Source: Octopus vulgaris
Lineage: Eukaryota
Direction: 5' to 3'
Length of the DNA stretch: 64,000 bases
NCBI GenBank assembly: GCA_951406725.2
Contig: OX597816.1
Coordinates: forward strand, 104,656,001 to 104,720,000
The notes beneath the pieces are model-generated. The model worked only from the letters and a program-made list of their open reading frames with translations, did not search any database and was not told the origin of the DNA. Shown piece after piece: positions 1 through 14,039 of this stretch (within the stretch, counting starts at the first letter, position 1; each line of letters starts with the position of its first letter). The translations under genes and the position numbers were made by a program.

Positions 1-1901
1 AAGACATAGCAGAAAATAACTGGATTAATTTGCATTCCCGAGGCCTGTTGACGAAACGGCGGTGATCTAAAGAATACAAAATATTTCAAATATAATTGTT
101 TTAAAAATTCTCTTCCTCTCGAAACTAATATGTGCTACTGTAAAGAAAAAGAACACAACTCCGAAATTGGCACTGGAAATGTCTTTCTGATCCAACCAGA
201 ATCATCTTCGATGTAAATGCTTTGTTGAAGATTATTATCTTGCTTAATAGATTTCCGTTGATGTCGATTTGTTTACAAAACATTGTTAATCTTTAAAAAC
301 TATACGAGTGATTTTTCTTTTGTTTATTTTTTATAAAATGCTCTAGCTGATTATTTCTTATAGTTTTGCTTCAAATCTGACAAGACCGTAGGCTATTAAT
401 TTACAGTTACACTCTGGAAGCATTCAAAATTTTAGAATCGAAAAAAAATAAAGATAATAATCAATTTTTAAATAAATACAATGGTATATTTATTTAAAGA
501 TAATCGACTTTCTCGTCACATATTTACTGAGTGATTTTAAAATATATTGAACATTTATCTTTGAAATATGCATTCACAATAGATATTTTGTACGTATTGT
601 TGATTATCTGCACAGTTTAATATATCATAGTAACAACTGAACGCTAATTAGAGAAATATAGGAAATTGTTCGCAAGACTTTCTCCTTTTCAGAATACCTC
701 TACAGAATAGATTCCGAATTTTACATCAAACCATTTGTGTAAATGAAATATATTTCTCATTTAACAAAGAAATGGATTATTAAAAATTATAGTTGATAGC
801 TTTCAGCAACAACAGTTAATGTTTGTACCAGCATTTGAGGTACTAAAAGTAAATGCAACATAAATGGCTCTTCAGTTTGGAAAAGGATGACATGGAAATA
901 AGTACCATCATTATTATTTCATCTGTCTCAAACCACTTATATAACACATAAGAAATATACGCTAGATGTGAAAACGTAAAGATATGTTATCTCCTAGTTT
1001 ACTATTCTTTCTGATATTAATTGTAATATACTAAATACGTTTTTCGTAATTTAATTATATTTCTCAACATAAAAGACAATTCTATTTTATTAGATTAACC
1101 TAAATATTTAGGTTAAGCGACAAAACTTCCATTTGCATGTTTTGAGTTAACATGTTTTTATATTTATTTGCATGTTCGCGTATGTAACTTTTATTACGAT
1201 CCGAATATCGACAGTGATAAATGAACAAGCTAAATCGCTTTCAAAACTTTCAGGGAATAGATGATATGTGGCAAAGAGCAAAAATGACAGGATCTTTCTT
1301 GGTTAAGATTTTAATTGGCATTCGCACAACAAATGCATTTAATGTTTTATTGTATTTTGATAATATATTCTTTATTATTTTCAACGCCAAAAAGAACAAT
1401 TAATCTGCTTAATTCCAAGGATAGATGATTAATTCCAGCACGCATTAAAAATGATTTTAGACAACAAAAACTACATGCAAACTATAAAATCAGAATAAAT
1501 TTATTTCAGTGATAGATAGCATTTTAATGACAGTGAAATACATGACTAAATATACAAAAGAAACTATATTTTTTCTTTTCTATGTTTATAGAGATTTTCG
1601 GAAGCCTCAGCAGTGTATTACGTCATGTATCTTTATAGTTTGCATACTTTGTGTTCATGTACCATAACTTAGCATGAATTCTTCTCTAATCTACGTAGAT
1701 AGGGAGGAACACAGGTGGTTGAAGCCCCAAAAGGTTGATTACTTAACAGCAATCACTCGCTTTTTGGAGGTAATATCTGTCTTTCACTCATGTGCTGTTC
1801 ACAAAATGCGGCGTTATCAAATATTGGAATATATCTACATGCTGTTTCTTTCAAATCTTTTGCTGGGTACATATGTGAGACCCACTAATACATATCGAGA
1901 C

Positions 1902-2140
1902 TGTTGTGTCGACGCCCCCAGACGATGAAGTAGGCCAGCCCAATACGTAGATATAGAGGGAGAAGTCTAGACGTCGAGGAGTTGAATAGAGGTCATCCGA
2001 ACGTGCGACATAACAGTGGCGACGTGGATGAGATCCACTGTTATATCGCACGACCTCTACTCAACTCCTCGACGTCTAGACTTCTCCCTCTATATCTACG
2101 TATTGGGCTAGCCTACTTCATCGTCTGAGGCGTCGACACA
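1902..2140. mobile_element. Fold-back (inverted duplication) of a ~114-bp mini-LTR plus PBS; Gypsy/Mag-like solo-LTR remnant
   Basis: Arms 1905-2019 and 2035-2140 are reverse complements with a few mismatches and one 8-bp indel. The left unit starts TGTTGTGTCG (1902), ends CGACATAACA (2015), and is followed by TGGCGACGTGGATGAGATCC, resembling the complement of the tRNA-Ser(GCU) 3' end. Confidence 0.6.
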
Positions 2141-3592
2141 GTAGAGACAAAAACAAAGAGAGAAAATAAGAGACACAGGCAGTTGGTGAAGAGTTAATTT
2201 AGTAGATATTTGTCAAAATGCCTGGTAGGTATTTAGTTAAAGCATTTGCCTTCTATGCACTTTCATTTTTAAAACCTTCAATAGGTTGACAGAATTCGTA
2301 GAGCACCGGATAAAAGACCTTGTTTAAATTACTTGTATGCCTTTTCCTTCTGAGTGACTATCTCATCAACATATTTCTTGACTTTAATCCCCACTGCATT
2401 GGTTAAAAAGTTATGCCAAAAAACACTGGAAAAATACGATTCGGTGAATGATACTTATAAATGATATTATAAATACATTAGTATATAATTTTCTACATTG
2501 GCAGGCATGAAATACTGGATGACGTCTAGTAAAATTGATAAAACCGAAGGCGGTTGGCCTCTTACTTTTGAAGAATCTATTCATATCACAGGACTACAGT
2601 AAATTATCTTGATTTTTTCTAAATCTAATAACATTAGTAGTGTGTCGTTATCGAAATAAAAAATACCCTTTCAATGAAAATATTGAAATATTCGCTGATG
2701 TTTTTTGCCATGTTTAGATTAATAATTTAAAATTTCACGCGTTGATTTCTTCTTACTTAATGGGGAAGAAGTACGGATACACACATTGCATTTATCCTGT
2801 TTCGTTGTACAATACGTTTCATATTTGGACTTCTTAATAACTCCACTTGCAATAAGGTAGCCATTTAATTTCCTTTCCTATTGAAGGTATCGTTGCACCC
2901 GTCACTTAGAAAATTATGAAATAAATTTAATCGACACACTGGAATCGATTTTGGCACAAGATTTCGGTACTATATCTTGTCTGAATCAGTCATATTATAT
3001 TATTTTAATAGCTAATATCTATATTGTATGTCACACTCTAAGAGTAGATTTTAATTCATTCAGAATATTATTCAAATTTGTCTTCATCACTACCATATTT
3101 ATGTACATAAAATACACATAGAAAAAATATATTCAAGACCTCTTCACACAGAATAACTTAGATTAACTCAAAATCATTAATTATCGAAGTAATTCCAATA
3201 AAGATGAATTTTGATCTAGGTTAATGATGAAACATCTTCAAAAATAGATTAAATTTTATTAGTAATAGATTATATCTTCATGTTGAAATTTTTCCTTGAT
3301 TATTGCATCAAATATTTACTGTAGTAGAAAAAGAATCCAGTTAATTATTTTGAAGCTGTTAATATCATTCTCTTTATGTCATACATTGCTTAAGTTCTCA
3401 CCGTCAAAGAAATTATTTCCTGTGACATTTATTTAATGTGCGTACATTTACAGAACGAAAGATAATAATGATGTTGTGCATTGATATGTAATATCATGCC
3501 TAAAACATGTTTGTGGCTATGAGTTTCAATGAACACTTTGTTATACTGTGTAACATTTGAAACTCCTTCTTAAGATATAAAATCCTGATTGA

Positions 3593-3645
3593 AATATTAA
3601 ATACTTGATCTACTACAATATTAAATACTTGATCTACTACAATAT
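3593..3645. repeat. 24-bp tandem duplication
   Basis: AATATTAAATACTTGATCTACTAC occurs twice in tandem. Confidence 0.85.
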
Positions 3646-6515
3646 CATCCGAAATATTATTTAATAAACATTTGACTACTTCTATGATAATAAAATATTT
3701 AACAATTATTTGAATACATAAATTTTATATAACGTGCCAAAGCGAAGTTAACCTAACACAACCTAACAAAGTTTTCAGCTTTAAGTGGAAATGGTAGGTA
3801 TCATGAATGCAGAAAAATGGACGCGACTGGAAATCAAGGAAGAAGTGAATCTATCTTACAATCTTGGTTTAGTGGTCTGTTACGCTCTCCAAAACAAAAT
3901 TTCGCAAGTTTTCCATTTTGGATAGGACATCAGGATATGTTATATAGCTTATGACTTTAGGAGTTGAGACAACTGAGAAGAGTGAAGGAGTAACAAGAGA
4001 AAAAATCAGTAAAATTAAGTATATCATTTCTAATGGAAAGCAGAATATTTGGAAATGAGGCGTTGGATCCAATGCAACATGACGCAAAGAACAACCAAAT
4101 GTTATCTGACTGCAGTAGAAATTTCCTTTTTTTAAATAAAAGACAGGGTTTGTATACATGTGTATATATTTCTTATACCATTGTCGATCTATGTGACCTT
4201 GTTCGTATATTTGACGTTTTTTAAGCTTTTATCATTGCATATGGATGAAAGTCTGTGTCTGTGCATGTCGTTTATGTGTATGTATTATCAATTCATTAAT
4301 ACTAAGCTTAAATCGTGATATGAGGCATAGTATATATTGAAGAACATTCTAATGCAATTTTGAAAATAATATTGTGACTATAAGCTTTTGAGTATCATTC
4401 GATAAAAAATTAACTATTACTAATATAATAGTTATTACGTTTTTTAGGCTCATTTTCTCCAGAAATATATGATGCAAAATCCTTGGAAACTCTACTAATA
4501 TGTATTAAAAAGTAATCTAGAAATCATTATTATGCATATTTCAGCAACCCCCTCCGTAGAATTGGAATGCTGTGGTTCCTGTCTATTTTAAATGATACGC
4601 GTTATAGACAGAGTTCGAAGAAAAGCCATTCAGTTAACAGACTTTTGCTGCGACTGTAGCCATTTTAACGTTCCATAACTCACTAACAACATTGAGAAAC
4701 ACAAGAACGTAGCTGTATATCAAATCCCTATGAATATAAATTATTTTCTATTTCGCAGCGAAATAGTCTATATAATGCGATTTACCTTCGCAAGCTAAGC
4801 TAAAGTACATGTGATACTAAGTAATTGAGTTTAGATTTTTAAAACATTAATTACATCTAATATGGTTCGTATTGTGGTGCGAGATCACTGTTGGGTATTT
4901 TACGTACGAGATAGATTGTATAAAGCGTTTTACTCAAATGCTAAGCTAAAGTACATAGCAAGATTTGAATTCAATATAGAAAGGTGAGAAATAAAGTACG
5001 GCTCATAAATATTAGTCTTCAATTCCATCTCCACGACATTTTTATCAAATTCATAAAAATTACTTGCAATATAATTTTATTTCAAATACCCTACTTTAAC
5101 TTATAAAGTCAAACAAATTACAGGAGTTATTAATTAATGCATAATTTTGGAAAACAATTCTAAATCAATATCAATATTATTTGGTATTTAAGGGTTGTTC
5201 AATTAAATTTTAAAGGACATAAAGACATAATGATCTAACTTTTGTGCTGTAATAGCATTAAGCAATACCTGATTAATGTAATCAACGAGTGAAACAACTT
5301 AAATCCAGATTTTAATCGTTTACACATGTATTCCAGTTACATTTTACTTTATTTTGCATACGTTTTTATTTGAACCGAATACCTCGAAATAAATAATTCG
5401 AACGTTCAAAATAACGATCACACGCTGGATGAAAAGCCCTATATAATAATTTCAAATATTTAGTGGTACTATGTGCTCCATTCTTTAAGAAGAAAATTTG
5501 AAGCTATATGAAAAATGGTTTATATCAAAATGTTCATATGGAATATTAATCCATGTGCTTTTTCGTGTGATAGTCAATACAATTTTGAGAATTATGGCTT
5601 GCTAGTAAAATAGATATTCCCAATCTTCATTTGTATGACGAGTGAGATTGATTGATGGATTGATAAATCTAAGTAACTGTAAGAGTAGAAAAATCTATTG
5701 GAATGCATTATAGTCATTTCGAAATATTCGCTATTAGGCAAAATTTAAACCGTGTACCATATTATGCAACTTTTCTTAATCTACCATAGTTTTTTGGTGT
5801 CTTTTGGTGTTTGGAAAATTTATAACCTTAACGCTTTATCTGCTGATTGAATGCCGTTTCTAAGCTAATTGCTGAAATATAAATTATCGCAATATAAACC
5901 TGTGATTATAATCATATCACGTGCAGCGCACAAAGACCTGTCATTCACATTTTGTTACCCAAAATAGATACAGCATAAAGAATACGTAGAATTAGACTTC
6001 AATTATATTTTTCAATTGAGCCAGGTCAAATATTGAATCTAGACCGCGATGTGTTTTCTAGTTTATCTGAGAAACTATTTCCAATATATATATATATATA
6101 TATATTGACTTCTTTCAATAGATCACTTTTGCATCAAAAGCTATTCCAAAAATCATAGATTACATATGAAAGAAAACTGGGTGAAGATCTTAAACCTTCG
6201 AACCACATACAATGTATTTCAAAGATATGTGACCAAATTGTAAAAAGAAACATTTGTTCATCAAAGGATTCCCATGAAGAAATTTGAATGGGATCCTTAT
6301 TTTTAAAAGATATCTTTTGATTTCGCATTCTCAACTGGTAAATCACTTATTTACTATATATCTAACTAAAAAACGACAATGGATTGTATACGCATTGTAC
6401 TGAGGAAGCAATACAATACAGATTATTTCCATACAAAAACACAAGATTTTCAGGTTTTTGTATCCATGTAGAGAACTTTTTTCGTTATAACAGACGGTTA
6501 TTTATATATGTGTAT

Positions 6516-6556
<41 letters not shown>

Positions 6557-7800
6557 AATATATACATACATTCATATACATACATATATATGCATGTATT
6601 TATATATATATAATGTTTACATACAGATACACACACATATTTATACACATCCTTATCTATATGTATGTGTGTATGCACGTATATCTGTACATATATATGT
6701 AAGTATGTATGTGAGCATAATCTATGTATATGTTTATGTATGTAAATACATAAACTTGTAATTAAGAAATTCACTCCAGAAACATGTGTTTCGTAAGTAT
6801 TTTCCAATGAAGACTTTTTAGATAGATACTAAGTAGTGAACCAGGGCTATTCTGACATAACACCGATAATACTACACACAAACTTGATATAAATCAATGA
6901 TTAATGGCTAGAGATGTATAGCAAGAAGACAAATCTTTCAAATGTCCTTGGTCGGTTACAAAAATGCAATTAATTGATTGCCACACAATTTGAAAATGAA
7001 TAAGTACTAACTACCTTGACTTCGGATGCCCTGGTTTACAATTATTTCATAAACTTCACATCAATACTCTTGGATGGATGTCTTTTTTAAATCACTTGCA
7101 AACCCTTCTTATAGAACAAAAACCATTCAAACAACAGAAACAACTAATAGCAATTTCAGTGTGCATCTAAATCAAGTTCATACGAATACGAGTTGATTCT
7201 TTCCGATAATGTTGTACTGAGATTTCAACACATTTCATCTAATGATGACATGCCTTTATTGATGATCAAACTTCGATCCATTTTAACCGATACTGCTAAA
7301 CTGTTAATGCCATATAATTTATCCCATTTCCAGCAACATTGTTTCCACATGGTTTGAGATATATCAATCAAACAACCTGTTAAATCCTTCATCAATGACC
7401 ATCCTTTAAAGACACATATATACTATTATTGTGACAAATCAATGAACTTTTGTCAATGGTTCATTGTATGCTGCTGAAGTCTTGTTGGTAATAACGTCAT
7501 TTTAATTCCTAGCAACTGGTTTTCTGATTTAAGAAAACAGATATCATACTAACTACTGAAGTATTTTCAAAGCCTCCAAATGCAATCTGTTATTTTCAAA
7601 CAGGTTTCTAGATATCCTAAGATACTAACTTTCACACTTACTCAGCAGATAGATTATATCACTATGAATCAACTAATGTAAAGGAAAATGAATAAAGTTG
7701 AGGTATATTACATTAATTCTTATATTCCATAATGCATCGAAGTCTTCCACTTAAATGTTATTAACACTAGTTGGTATATTTATATAAACACATACATACA

Positions 7801-8990
7801 TACAAGATGGCCTCAAAAAGTTCCCAAACTTTTATTCTAGCGCACCAACAGACGACAGCATATGGTTGCGAGTGCTGTGAGAGCTAGCAGTGCTCTTCAT
7901 GAGGCAGAGTTCCGAGTGACCTAGCTGTTTTTACCTCGCAAGTTGTGAAATGCGTGTCTTTGTGATCATGTGTATACTGTAGTCTGCAATTTTATAGACA
8001 AGAAGTTGGAACAAAGTGCCAGCGTGACATTTTGCGTTAAACTTGGGAAATCTGCTACAGAGATTTTGAGCATGCTTGGACAAGCTTAGAGCGACGAGGC
8101 AGTGGGTCGTCCGCAACGTTTCGGGTGGCAGGAATGCTTCAAAGATGAGTAAGGTCTCTGGGAGACGATGAACGATCTGGAAGACCCGCCACGAAATGTG
8201 AAGAAAATCCATCAGCTTGTGCAAAAGGATCGCCGGAGTACAATCTGTTGATTGTACTCCGGCGATGTTGTTGGTCTGTCGCATAGGTCCGTGCAGGCAA
8301 TCCTAACGTCTGAATTGAACATGCGGCGTGTCTCTGCAAAGTTTGAGTCCCACACTTGCTGTCCACTCAACAGAAAGAGCATCACGTCGAAGTCTGTCAA
8401 GATCTCTGTCAGAGTGCATCACGAGTAACAAGAGTTGAGTCTACGGGTACAACCCCAAGATGAATCAGTAGTCGTTACAGGGGAAGAGTTCTTCATCTTC
8501 ACGACCGAAGAAGACACGCCAGAGCTGCAGTTCAGTCAGGGGCATTCTTTTTCGACATCCGCGCTATTTTGCATCGAGAATTCGTCCCCTAGGGCTAGAC
8601 CGTCAATCGAGGGTTCTACTGCTTTTTTTAAGCGTTTGAGAAAAGACATTCGGCGAAAGTGACCGGATCTGTGGAGTGCGAAGAATTGGATTCTTCATGA
8701 CTTCAATGCACCCTGTCACCGAGCTGTCCTTAGCTGAGAGTTCCTCGTCGAAAACTACATGGTTTCGCTTCTGCAACTGCTCTATTCGCCAGATTTAGTA
8801 GCTTCAGACTTCTGTCTCTTCCTCAAGATGAAAAGGCAGCTCAGAGGTCGCTGTTTTATTACCGTTGTCGAGGTCGAGGGCCAACTGGGCAAGGTGATTA
8901 TTTTGAAAGAGATGATGTTACGAATTAGGTACGTAAGTTATTTTTTTATTTAATATAACTAGTTCGGAAACATTTTGATACCACCTCGTA
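7801..8990 (+). mobile_element. Degenerate full-length mariner (Tc1/mariner) DNA transposon
   Basis: TA-flanked ~30-bp TIRs (TACAAGATGGCCTCAAAAAGTTCCCAAACT / AGTTCGGAAACATTTTGATACCACCTCGTA). Broken transposase reads FCVKLGKSATE, LNMRRVSAKF, WILHD, YSPDLVASDFCLFLKMKRQLRG (YSPDLAPSD motif). Confidence 0.9.
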
Positions 8991-9698
8991 TATGTGTGTG
9001 TGCGTATTCATGTACATATATACATGCATTCATACAAGCAGGCTGATTTCTATACACTTGGTTTAGGAGTGAAATTGATGAAACCGACAATAAACAATTA
9101 TTTTACAGGTACAGTTTCACATATGGCGTTTGGAACCAGGTAAGTTTTTCGGAGCTTCGAATCAACCAGATCCTTGAAACTGAAACTGGATAGAGGGAAA
9201 CAGTATATGAATCTCGTCGAATTGACCAATTTTTTAATTCAAAGGCATTGATCAGAGAATTAAGAGTATGTTTATCAATTGGACGTATACACACACCTAT
9301 AAATGTAGGGATATGTAAGGTGTGTGTGTAAATGGAGTGGAATTTAGTAGGAAAAGCAGAATTGACTGATTTTATGCTAACTTTTCCAACATTATAAAGA
9401 ATAGAATAAAAGCTTTATCGTACCCATTGCTGAAATTCGGTAGCTAAATTGGTGGACAGACGTCTGAGAAGATATTGTGGAGCATTTTAATAAGTTCCTA
9501 TTCATTAATTACAAAACACGTTTGAAACCTAGATGATTATATCTTAGAAATTTACTCATTTTACATTCATACTGCGAGTGCTATGCTCAGAACATTGAAA
9601 AGTTTGTTTAGTTCTACTCTGAAGGTATCTTCTTGTTGCTAGTATTTATGGGCCATCATTTCTACAGATTTTTCTGTTAACGTATGAAATTTATAATA

Positions 9699-9876
9699 CA
9701 TTAACCCCTCGACTATCGCGGGTGTTGCATTCCAAATCCTCCCGCGATAGGTGAAAATCCGTGAAATAGAAAGAGTATTGTACTGTATATTTTTTATATT
9801 ATTTTTATAATTTGTATATATTTATTCTATTACAAATACGAAACAACACCACGGAGGAATCGACGAGGGACTACTG
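9699..9876. mobile_element. Tigger/pogo-type MITE
   Basis: TA-flanked imperfect TIRs CATTAACCCCTCGACTATCGCGG ... CGAGGGACTACTG around an AT-rich non-coding core. Confidence 0.6.
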
Positions 9877-12495
9877 TACTGTTAAAATATGAATTCCTAA
9901 TATTTGTGAAGATACGCGTAATTTCTGGTCTCCTTGCGCACATCAAACATATTCGCATTTCGTTTCAACATTATCAATTTACGTGTGTGTATTTGTATTG
10001 CATGTTGTTATCTGTGATGGCAAGGTGATGGTTTATCTGTATAATACTGATGTTTAGTGATGGGCGAATATTAGCTAACTATATTAAATTGGATGAAAAC
10101 CAACTTAGAACAAATGCATTGTTGTTCCAAAGTGTTAATCAAGAGATTTTGTATGGATATTGTTGATGTTATCTAATATAGTATTATTACTTCTTAAGCG
10201 TCTGGATGTGGAGTCATACATAAATTAGCTTTGAGATTCTTAATAATTACCTAAGTTTTTTCAGTGCAAGCTAATCATAGTCTCGAATCTTAACATGAGA
10301 CATGTGACTATGATTTTGATCTCTTTATTTAAAGAAGTTAATAAGCTACAGACGAGCGTTGTAATGTTTAGTGTTGCTATGTGTCAGTACATTATTTGTG
10401 GTTATTGTGTTAGTTCATTTCGTACGTGTTCTTTGTTTTCATAAATATTTTCAAGATTTCCTGAAGATTTACGTTATTTTTGTTTTACTGCAGTGCATTA
10501 TCCATAAGCTGGTTTGTATACATCTAGCTAACTTAACTGGTGTATGGAGTTTTCATCACAAATCTGGTTTACATAGCTAATTTACTTACACCCGAAATAA
10601 TTATGAATAAGCTTTCAAATAATTTCATATAGTTGACTACTACCTGTTCATCACTGGCCATCAATTATTGACAGCCTCAAATTTTATACCGTAACGCCAA
10701 AGATAACGTTATAAAAATGATAATTCACGCTAGGAAATCAATCTTTTTCTAAGACTATTGATGTAAAAGCATAAGACTCTCTCAATTAAAACATGCGGAG
10801 GAGAGAATCCACGGAAATATTTAAACTAATTAGAATAAATATCTTGAATTTAAAACATCCTAAATTTCAAGTGGTTAAGAAAGCAATCTGTAGAAACGAC
10901 TGTTGATAGCTTATCAAAGTTATCAACAGTTATCAACTAGTAGATCAGTTCAGGAGAAACTAAACAACACTATATTGTAACATGTTTAAATCCATTGACT
11001 TCAATGTTAGATAGGAATTCAAATCATGAACCATGTCTTAAAAATGGAGACAAGTGAAAATTGCACGTGTGCTGCGCATCTATATGTATACACCTGCACA
11101 TACATTTATATAGATGTGCGCGCGCGCATGTGTGCATGAATACTCTATAATTTAGAGAATTCAAAACACAAAGAAGCAGCTGAATATTATTTTACATCCA
11201 GTCCAATATGAGGGAAAGGAAAAGAAATATCAGATGGATTTTGAAGAGACAACATAAACAAGAACCCTTACAAATATAACACCCAGTAATGACACGCGTC
11301 TTGCAAATCAAACTGCTCCCCATTTAAACACAACAATTTGGCTTCATATTTTTAAAGTCTCAATATAAGATGGTAAAAGAAATTACGTTAGCCCATTTAA
11401 TCTAATGAACCACCAAAGTATTAAATGTCTGTTAAAAAGGCGAGATGTTCAGCAATTTTAAAGAATCCTTCTCACTATTCCATCTCTCTCACGCTCTCTG
11501 CGTATCTACCTACAAATATGCATGACTGCACACACACACACACATGCACACACACACACACAAATATGTGGGGGTGTGCGCGGGCGTTATTCATATATGG
11601 AATATCTTCAGTATCTACCTGGAACACTATAATCCAAAATAATACAGACTTGATTCTCAAGTATTAGACCGCATATTTGCACACGCGCATGTATGTGTGT
11701 CTTTGTTTCTTTTTTGCTCTTATTAAAATCGCGTTTTTGATATGTCGCAGAAGTGTTTCTCAAGTCTCACTTATTTAAGAGAAAACAGATGAACAAAGAG
11801 AACTTGAACTTCTGTAAGGCAGCATCTTTTGATTTTCTTTACGGATAGTGGAAACCTTATCCCAGTATTCAACCCAGAATTTGATTGAAAGACTTCGCAG
11901 AAACGTCACTGTTTGTAAGGCAATTTCCCAGTAGAACACACTTCCGTCAACCTTTCTGGTTATTTCTCTGCCTGTTTCATGCCAAAAATGTACTGAGCCC
12001 ATAAGCAGAGATCACAAAAACGTCACACAAGTGTTTCATACACATCTTCCTCTTTCTGCTGTAAAAAAAAAGGCGTAACTATTAGCGATATGAAGAGAAC
12101 AATATTCTAACCCACACTCCTAAACATGAACAACGCACGATCCGAATCTTCAGATTCTTTAAGCATAATACGTTTTGCCGTCACTAACGGTATCTTCTGA
12201 CGATATCACATTCTCGACATAACATAGACTGCATCCCGGGGATGGACCATCCACTTCGGTTTCAGAACATACTCCATTTCCCACCAAGCATGAATCCTAT
12301 ACACACGCAAGGGATATCCAGAATGGAATATTGCTCCCACATCTACATTATTCCTATTACGCACATACTTGTCCTAGAATCTTCAGAATGTACGCTCGAG
12401 TGATTGGCACGACGTAGATTAACATAGAGATGCAACGACTGTCTCAGACGTAAGTTGTCCCCTAAATCTGCTTTTTTGCTCCTATAGCTGCTACA

Positions 12496-12545
12496 TTTGG
12501 GTCTTTTTCCACCGAACGCCTTTGGGTCCTTTTCCACCGAACGCC
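12496..12545. repeat. 25-bp tandem duplication
   Basis: TTTGGGTCYTTTTCCACCGAACGCC occurs twice in tandem. Confidence 0.8.
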
Positions 12546-13063
12546 AGTCCTTTGTTATTACCACCCTGTTCGACTTTTATATGGAAATATAAACATTCTG
12601 ACGTCATATGCATCAATTTGAATTGACTCAGAAGAACAGCCAAAAACATGGACAATTTTTGCAAAAGATAGTTTAGTGCATAAATTCTCGTCTTTTAATT
12701 CCACTTTCGTCTTTGTTCAACTACATCAATCATAGCCCCAGCAAGAATATAAGTAGATTTGAAAAGAAAAAAACACATTACAATGGAATATATCTGTCCC
12801 TTCTCTAGTCTATTTTCAGTTGCAGACGTTTAAAAATCGGAAATTTTAAATTATGTCGTTTCATAGACTCCTTTTCACTACAGTATAAGTTCGGAACAAG
12901 AAAAAAATAGCATATGTAAGTGAATGTATGTATACATACATATATACAGATACACAGAGGCACACACAAACAGACACATACACATGCACGTACGTATGTG
13001 TATACTATATATATGTGTGTATGCATGCATAGACAAATATACGTGTATATATATGTATGTGCG

Positions 13064-13095
<32 letters not shown>

Positions 13096-13448
13096 CACAC
13101 ACTCACAGAGTGATACTTCGCAGTACGTGTTTAATTCGTTCCATGACCGAGTTCATTTTATTTTTTACTCGTATTACAAAACAAAATATGCTCTATCCCC
13201 TCAAAACCATTCAAAAATAAATCGGTTGTAAAACAGATAAGGTACAGTTACAAGGAAAATTATTTTTTGTTCCTACAGCTGCTACATCTTTCTCGGCCCA
13301 CCGAATTTGACTGATCTCTTGTCACATCCACTGAGGCCAATTCGATTTATTCGTCTCTCGCTCATTTGAGCCTTATGTCACCTATAGCTGTCTATCTCGC
13401 CTCTCCAGCACAGCACTCACCATGTCTTTAGGTATTTTCCTACTGAAC

Positions 13449-13591
13449 GCGTGACTGTGTGGTAAGTAACTTGCTTACCAACCACATGCTTCAGGGTTCG
13501 GTCCCACTGCGTGGCACCTTGGGCAAGTTGCCGACCAAAGTCTTGTGAGTGGATTTGGTAGACGGAAACTGAAAGAAGCCCGTCGTATATA

Positions 13592-13637
<46 letters not shown>

Positions 13638-13875
13638 CATGTGTGTGTATATTTGTGTGTCTGTGTCTGTCCCCACCACTGTCGCTTGACAACCGATGTT
13701 GGTGGGTTTATGTCCCCGTAAGTTAGCGTTTCGGCAAAAGAGACCGATAGAATAAGTACTATGCTTACAAAGAATAAGTCCTGGGGTCGATCTGTTCGAC
13801 AAAAGGCGGTAATCCAGCATGGCCGCAGTCAAATGACTGAAACAAGTGAAAGAATTACAAAAAGATAATAAGAGA
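13449..13875 (+). mobile_element. tRNA-derived SINE with internal (TA)n
   Basis: tRNA-like head (TGTGTGGTAAG...GGGTTCGGTCCC), central GGCACCTTGGGCAAGT motif and A-rich tail. Related fragments at ~15940-16065, ~52490-52620 and 60430-60590. Confidence 0.75.
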
Positions 13876-14039
13876 GAATGCAAAAGAAATATTAAACTGG
13901 TTTTATTAGCTCAATTACCTGAAAGATGGGACGATTTCTGCACAAGGAAGACGATGGATCGGGGAGGAGGAGTATCATCGTTTGGAAGGTGAATCTCCTT
14001 TCACTGAGTCTTCAGAATAATTTTTGGCGTTTTTTCTCT

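Noticed and set aside
6122-6338. AG...GT-bounded exon-like segment
   Set aside because: Stops in all three plus frames; no coding support.
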